A DNA stretch of 63,686 nt, the filler included. It is 8 parts of 8 records of this genome, joined end to end, with 100 filler letters (N's around TTAATTAATTAA, not from the genome) between each part and the next. Parts side by side here need not be neighbours in the genome. Positions count along the whole stretch, not along the records: positions 56,159 to 63,686 come from SRR20825010_6622; 7 more parts are not named here. The stretch is one strand, 5' to 3'. The notes beneath the pieces were generated by a model. It saw only the letters and a list, made by a program, of their open reading frames with translations. It did not search any database and was not told where the DNA came from. The position numbers were made by a program, and so were the translations under genes. Shown here in pieces: positions 58,728-63,686 of the stretch. The first letter of the stretch is position 1. Each line of letters starts with the position of its first letter.

Positions 58728-59954
58728 ATGGTTTTACCTGTTCAGCAATTAAATGCAAATACCTGGCTTAGACTGGGGCAATTGGCAGCCAACGAAAATG
58801 GGCAATCGGCAAACACCGGGGGCGACCCTTTGCCGTCGATTGCGCCCAGCGGAAACGCTTGGGCGGAATTTAAAAGCAACCCAGCCTTACACACCCCTCA
58901 CATTGCGCAACTGAACAGCTCGGTCCAGGGCATTCACAAATTCATCGCAGAGCATGCGCCCGCCGGTGCCGGGCGACATGAAGCCCTGGGTAATCTTCAG
59001 CATTATGCCAACGCCAAAATCAATTGCCCCACCGACAACCTGTCTGCCTTGACTGTCAACGAAAACCGGCGAAACTTGCACCTGTTTGCACAGCAACTGC
59101 ACAACCCCGCCATTCCCACCGACCAAAAACTGGCTGCGGTGCTTGATTTGACCAAAGGATTGGGCGTGTGCACGGAAGGCGAAACACTGAACATTCTCGA
59201 CAGCACACAGCAACTGTGCAACCGCCAGCAAGGCTTGGCGGGTCTGTTGGTCAACACCAAAAACAAGCTGGTGGAACAGCACTTGCAGCAACTGGTCAAA
59301 CACGAAGATGCGTTACGCCTGCCAAACCAACTGGCCGGTGACCTGGAAATTCACCATGTGCAGGCATTAAAAAACCATGTTGCCGGGCAGTGGGGCCTTT
59401 CCGTGCAAGAAGACCGTTACGCCACGTCCGCCTATCAGGCGCGGGCGGGGAAAATGGCCAGTGCCCTGCTGGCGCAAACCATCACCCCGGCAGTATTGGC
59501 CAACCATGTGGCTGAACAATTGGAGCAGGCATTAATCAGCCAGACCGCACCGGGCCTGCGTGAAGGCATGCCGGCTGCGCTATTGAAAACAGAACCACTT
59601 CGCCGCGCCATTCAGGCGGAATTCGGCCAAAGCATTGACCTTGAACAATGCCTGGAATTCAATGACGACTACAGCGAAGTGCGCCTGAAACCGCAACAAG
59701 ACCTCGCCTTACACATTGTGAAAGCTTTTCAGGACATTGGGCTGGTGCCACCCCACGCCAACCCGAAGCATGTATTGAACCAACCCACACCCAAGCTGGA
59801 ACAAGCGATTGAACAGGTTGGAGAACTGCGCGGCGATGTAGCGCATCAAAGATTACTCGTGAACTGCATCAACAGCTTCTGGTTTGGTCACGCGGCAACG
59901 CCGCAAGATTCAAAAGACAAAGAACAGCGAGAGCATTCGTTCAGGCCCGTATAG
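58728..59954 (+). CDS. Hypothetical protein, candidate type III secreted effector
   Basis: 408-aa ORF with RBS and hrp box; polar N/Q/S/P-rich N-terminus, helical body with C148-T-E-G and D205-L-E-I-H. No family recognised with certainty. Confidence 0.7.
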   Translation: MVLPVQQLNANTWLRLGQLAANENGQSANTGGDPLPSIAPSGNAWAEFKSNPALHTPHIAQLNSSVQGIHKFIAEHAPAGAGRHEALGNLQHYANAKINCPTDNLSALTVNENRRNLHLFAQQLHNPAIPTDQKLAAVLDLTKGLGVCTEGETLNILDSTQQLCNRQQGLAGLLVNTKNKLVEQHLQQLVKHEDALRLPNQLAGDLEIHHVQALKNHVAGQWGLSVQEDRYATSAYQARAGKMASALLAQTITPAVLANHVAEQLEQALISQTAPGLREGMPAALLKTEPLRRAIQAEFGQSIDLEQCLEFNDDYSEVRLKPQQDLALHIVKAFQDIGLVPPHANPKHVLNQPTPKLEQAIEQVGELRGDVAHQRLLVNCINSFWFGHAATPQDSKDKEQREHSFRPV

Positions 59955-59967
59955 GCACATCGACATT

Positions 59968-60018
59968 CGCACCATTACCGTGCATTTTTCAGGGCAGTAA
60001 GCGGGCATTGTTTTTGCA
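59968..60018 (+). promoter_or_regulatory. NtrC-type site and sigma54 promoter for amt
   Basis: cGCAC-CATTACC-GTGCA (59968-59984) fits GCAC-N7-GTGC; GG 60004-60005 N10 GC 60016-60017 (GGGCAT-N5-TTGCA). Confidence 0.7.
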
Positions 60019-60061
60019 ACTAATGCCCCACTTTTAACCACAATCCTGAAAATTCACCAAA

Positions 60062-61267
60062 ATGGAACAAATTACTCTCGCACTGGACACTCTTTTTGTG
60101 CTTCTAGGCGCCATCATGGTGCTTGCAATGCACGCTGGTTTTGCATTCCTGGAAGTGGGCACGGTGCGCCACAAAAACCAGGTCAATGCGCTTGTTAAAA
60201 TTCTGGCCGACTTCTCGGTCAGCACCATCAGCTACTTTTTCATTGGCTACGCGATCGCCTATGGCGTGGGTTTCTATGAGCCCGCTGCTGTGTTGAACGA
60301 GGGCAGCGGTTACGCCTTGACCAAGTTCTTCTTCCTGCTGACCTTCGCTGCGGCCATTCCGGCCATTGTGTCGGGTGGCATTGCCGAACGTGCACGGTTT
60401 GTGCCCCAACTGGTGGCCACAGCCGCCTTGGTGGGCTTGGTATACCCGGTGTTTGAAGGAATTGTCTGGAATGGCAACTACGGCTTTCAAGAATGGCTGA
60501 CCGCCAGTTTTGGCGCGCCGTTCCTGGACTTCGCGGGCAGCGTGGTGGTACATGCTGTGGGCGGATGGATTGCCCTGGCAGCCGTGTTGTTGCTGGGTTC
60601 GCGCCGGGGCCGCTACACGAAAGACGGCCGCATCAGTTCACACCCACCTTCATCCATCCCCTTTCTGGCCTTGGGCAGTTGGGTGCTGGCTGTGGGCTGG
60701 TTTGGCTTTAACGTGATGAGCGCCCAGAAAATTGAAGGCATTTCAGGCCTGGTGGCCGTGAACAGCCTGATGGCCATGGTGGGCGGCACACTGGGTGCAT
60801 TGATCGCCGGGCGCAACGACCCAGGCTTCGCCTACAATGGCCCATTGGCCGGTTTGGTGGCGGTGTGTGCGGGCAGCAATATCATGCACCCACTGGGCTC
60901 ACTGGCTGTGGGGTCAATGGCTGGCGTGCTGTTTGTGTACATGTTTACCTTCACCCAAAACCGTTTGAAAATTGATGATGTGCTGGGTGTGTGGCCTTTG
61001 CACGGTATTTGCGGTGCGTTCGGCGGCATTGCGGCCGGTGTGTTTGGCCAGCAGGCCTTCGGCGGCATGGGTGGTGTTTCCTTCATGAGCCAACTGATTG
61101 GCACACTGGCGGGCGTGGTGTTTGCACTGGCAGGCGGACTGGTGGTGTACGGCCTGCTGAAGCTGACCGTGGGCATTCGGTTGAGCGACGAGGAAGAATT
61201 CAACGGCGCTGACCTGACCATTCACAAAATCAGCGCAAGCCCCGAACGCGAAACCAGCAGCTGGTAA
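60062..61267 (+). CDS. amt: Ammonium transporter (Amt family)
   Basis: SGGIAER, DFAGSVVVH, GWFGFN, LAGLVA, IDD.LGVWPLHG (twin His present). Confidence 0.96.
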   Translation: MEQITLALDTLFVLLGAIMVLAMHAGFAFLEVGTVRHKNQVNALVKILADFSVSTISYFFIGYAIAYGVGFYEPAAVLNEGSGYALTKFFFLLTFAAAIPAIVSGGIAERARFVPQLVATAALVGLVYPVFEGIVWNGNYGFQEWLTASFGAPFLDFAGSVVVHAVGGWIALAAVLLLGSRRGRYTKDGRISSHPPSSIPFLALGSWVLAVGWFGFNVMSAQKIEGISGLVAVNSLMAMVGGTLGALIAGRNDPGFAYNGPLAGLVAVCAGSNIMHPLGSLAVGSMAGVLFVYMFTFTQNRLKIDDVLGVWPLHGICGAFGGIAAGVFGQQAFGGMGGVSFMSQLIGTLAGVVFALAGGLVVYGLLKLTVGIRLSDEEEFNGADLTIHKISASPERETSSW

Positions 61268-61280
61268 GTGGTGTTTCGTT

Positions 61281-61982
61281 TTACTTCGACATGATCTCCA
61301 GGGCTTCTGAATAGAAGTCCCTGCGGATCAATACAAAAACAATCAGCGCACTGAAAGCCATCAACAGACCTGGGTGGATCATCCAGGTTACCGATGCAAT
61401 TCCAAAGTAATAACTTCGCAAACCACGGTTGAATTCATCACCCGCCAAACTGTTGATTCGCGCCATGCGCGACACATAGGCTTCGTTGTATTCCTGATCG
61501 GGATTTCCATCGGGCGCAGCGCCCACAAGAATGGTCAGCAGGTTGAATTGGCGCAAGCTCCAGGTGAACTTGAAGTAAGCGACCACAAATACCGCCAGCA
61601 CCAGCAATACCTTGATTTCCATCAAACCACGGCTTACCTCTCTGCTGAAAGGCAAATCAGAAGTAATGTTCACCAATTGGTCGAGCGTTCCCAACAAGGC
61701 AAACAGGCCGGCAATGATGTAGATGGTGGTGTTGGCATAGAAGGTAACGCTGTTGACCAGATTGCCGATCAAGGCGGTGTCACCCACGCGGTTGCTTCGC
61801 TTGATCAGTTCTCGTGCCCACAGCTTTCGAAATTCATGGGTTTTCTGGGCAAGGCCGCGACGGCCAAATCGCCGGGAGCCGTCAAACACATAGTTGTACC
61901 CGCGAAAACAAACGACGAAAAATACAACGGCGACCCAGTCGAAAACAGTCAGCAAAGAAAAGGCGGTTTGGAATACGGTCAT
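61281..61982 (-). CDS. DUF599 family membrane protein
   Basis: R..W, NRVGD, TFYANT, FKFTWSLRQFN, FNRGLRSYYF, RRDF.S. Start reassigned to 61982. Confidence 0.88.
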   Translation of the reverse strand: MTVFQTAFSLLTVFDWVAVVFFVVCFRGYNYVFDGSRRFGRRGLAQKTHEFRKLWARELIKRSNRVGDTALIGNLVNSVTFYANTTIYIIAGLFALLGTLDQLVNITSDLPFSREVSRGLMEIKVLLVLAVFVVAYFKFTWSLRQFNLLTILVGAAPDGNPDQEYNEAYVSRMARINSLAGDEFNRGLRSYYFGIASVTWMIHPGLLMAFSALIVFVLIRRDFYSEALEIMSK

Positions 61983-62025
61983 GTTGTTTGTCTTGTTGTG
62001 AAAATTGGTACAGAAAAAGCTTGCA

Positions 62026-63686
62026 TTACGACACGCCCACCGAGGCGCACAGGGCACGCCACTGGCGTGCAGGTTCAGCATGCCTGAAACGCGAAGAATT
62101 TGCGCGGGCTTGTTCGCTTAACTGCTGGTGCAAGGTCGGGTTGCCAAACACGGAAAGTATTGCAGCGGCCAAGGCGGGCACATCGCCGAAAGGCACCAGC
62201 AAACCGGTTTGCCCCTGTTCAATCAAATGCGAAGGCCCGTAGGGAACGTCGAAAGCGATGGGCGGGCAGGCATGACAAAGGCTTTCCATGATGGCCAGCG
62301 AGAAAGCTTCGCCCTGACTGGTCAACAGGGACAGTCCTGCTGATTCGTAGTGCAACGCTGGATTGTCTGCCCAACCATTCAAGCGCACACTGCCTTGCAA
62401 ACCCAAAGCTTCAATGCGGGCTTTCAGGGCGGCCAACAATGGATCGCCCGCCACGGCAAAGCCGTAGAAATCAAGACTGGCTTGTGGATACTTTTGTAAC
62501 ACCAACGCAAACGCATCAATGGCCAAGTGCTGGTTTTTCTCGCTGCTGTACCGCGCCATTGACACAATTTGAAAACGATTTCGCTGGGCAAATGGCGTGG
62601 CGGGCAGATCCGTTTCATAGGAATGGCCGATGCTGAATACACGCCCAGGCCCGTAACGCGCCTGGATGTCTGCTTTTTGCTGTTCAGTTAACGTGACAAT
62701 TGCATCGGGTCGCTCAATGGCATGCAAGATGTCCCGAAAATTGGAGTTCGTCGGGCTGCTGTCCATGTCGCTGGCCGCCTGCGTGTGCAGCGCGTGAATG
62801 ACAGGCACCACGGCCACTTGACCGGGCGTGTTGCGGTGAATATGGTCTTGGGCAGCAATTGCAGGTTTGTACAGCAAGCGGTTTTTGTCGACAATCAACA
62901 CATGCTTTCCGCCCTGCCTTGCCAACATGGCAATCAGTGCGTGGGTGATCAACCCCTGCTCGCTTGAAAAAGATTCCAGCACATCGCCCTTTGCATTGTG
63001 CAGGCGAATATTCTGCAACACCATTTTGCCTTCAACACAGCGATAAAACTTGGCAATGGCCAAGCTGCCATCCAGGCGCAAATAATGTTCATAGGCAGGC
63101 AAAGCCGTGGTTTCGTGCAGGTATTGAATGCGGCTTAAAAAGCCCCTTGCGTCGTAGTGATCTTTTCTAAACTTCACACCATTGCAAAAATGGTTGATGT
63201 GTTCAAGCGCATCATTGTCGGGGTTGCGCACCAGGTACATCAACAGGTGGCCGTGCCTGTCACCAACCCGTACATCGCGCCTGTTCGCAACGGGCTGCGC
63301 ATGAAACGCAGGGTTGCTCAAGATGGATTCGCCCGTGTTCAACACAGCAGGAATGTGTTCGGCATTTTGCAAAAAATCATAAACGGATTGATATTTTTGC
63401 GTAGCTGGCAGCACACCGTCTGCAACCAAACGTTGAATCGACTCGCTTAAACGCGGGTTGTAGCGGCAGGTCAGCAACACAGGTTGCACCTGCAATTCAC
63501 GGGTAAAAACCTGGTTGCGCAGCAAGGCTGCATTTTCAACCCCGCTGCGCTGAAACGCCATGTTCTGGTTCAAAAACCACACGGTGACTTCTGTCAACCT
63601 TGCATTCAAGCGGACTGGCCCTGACAGCAGCACCGGCGCAGGCATTCGCTGCAGCAACTTGCGATACGCCACCAAGCCCGATACAT
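62026..63686 (-). CDS. GT4 glycosyltransferase, TagE/GtfA-like (5' end beyond window)
   Basis: WFLN...SGVENAALLR, DHYDARGFLSR, TLTEQQKADI, ARYSSEKN, EAFSLAIMESL, FDVPYGP; frame open to the window edge. Confidence 0.88.
   Translation of the reverse strand, partial: VSGLVAYRKLLQRMPAPVLLSGPVRLNARLTEVTVWFLNQNMAFQRSGVENAALLRNQVFTRELQVQPVLLTCRYNPRLSESIQRLVADGVLPATQKYQSVYDFLQNAEHIPAVLNTGESILSNPAFHAQPVANRRDVRVGDRHGHLLMYLVRNPDNDALEHINHFCNGVKFRKDHYDARGFLSRIQYLHETTALPAYEHYLRLDGSLAIAKFYRCVEGKMVLQNIRLHNAKGDVLESFSSEQGLITHALIAMLARQGGKHVLIVDKNRLLYKPAIAAQDHIHRNTPGQVAVVPVIHALHTQAASDMDSSPTNSNFRDILHAIERPDAIVTLTEQQKADIQARYGPGRVFSIGHSYETDLPATPFAQRNRFQIVSMARYSSEKNQHLAIDAFALVLQKYPQASLDFYGFAVAGDPLLAALKARIEALGLQGSVRLNGWADNPALHYESAGLSLLTSQGEAFSLAIMESLCHACPPIAFDVPYGPSHLIEQGQTGLLVPFGDVPALAAAILSVFGNPTLHQQLSEQARANSSRFRHAEPARQWRALCASVGVS

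Overview
This window is not one locus. It is eight unrelated bacterial contig fragments joined by identical 100-nt artificial linkers (N44-TTAATTAATTAA-N44). Taxonomic labels are inferred from gene content and composition only. (1) 1-4587, Rhodobacteraceae-like housekeeping: rsmD, FAD reductase, peroxiredoxin, pterin dehydratase, GNAT, GDPD. (2) 4688-13441, Alcanivorax-like gammaproteobacterium: acnB, lipid A acyltransferase, miaE, lpxH, two cyclophilins, glnS, yegP, folD, tRNA-Pro. (3) 13542-18625, Thalassospira-like: copper module, yjbQ, TetR, DMT, RidA. (4) 18726-35400, Bacteroidota (Cyclobacteriaceae-like) capsule/EPS cluster. (5) 35501-39982, Parvibaculum-like: tRNA-Leu 3' end, Kelch protein, ivd, thioesterase, PAP2, thiolase. 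(6) 40083-46926, Flavobacteriaceae-like: decayed IS3, desaturase-DEAD helicase-csp module, ECF sigma/FecR/SusC. (7) 47027-56058, Cytophagales-like: dusB, eukaryote-type GT3 glycogen synthase, S41 protease, RIC-like protein, ruvX, def. (8) 56159-63686, Limnobacter-like betaproteobacterium: thiolase, vapBC, TetR, orphan gene, amt, DUF599, GT4. Best leads: an orphan 408-aa gene (58728-59954) directly behind a perfect hrp box (GGAACC-N16-CCACNNA) with a Cys/acidic-residue spacing like NEL ubiquitin ligases, i.e. a candidate new type III effector; a predicted cis-antisense sRNA across the susC leader; a bacterial glycogen synthase keeping the eukaryotic glucose-6-phosphate allosteric site; a CopL/DUF2946-like leader ORF ahead of copper genes; and a cold-adaptation operon with an apparent ATT start and an unannotated truncated csp. 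No CRISPR array, rRNA or intact mobile element was seen.
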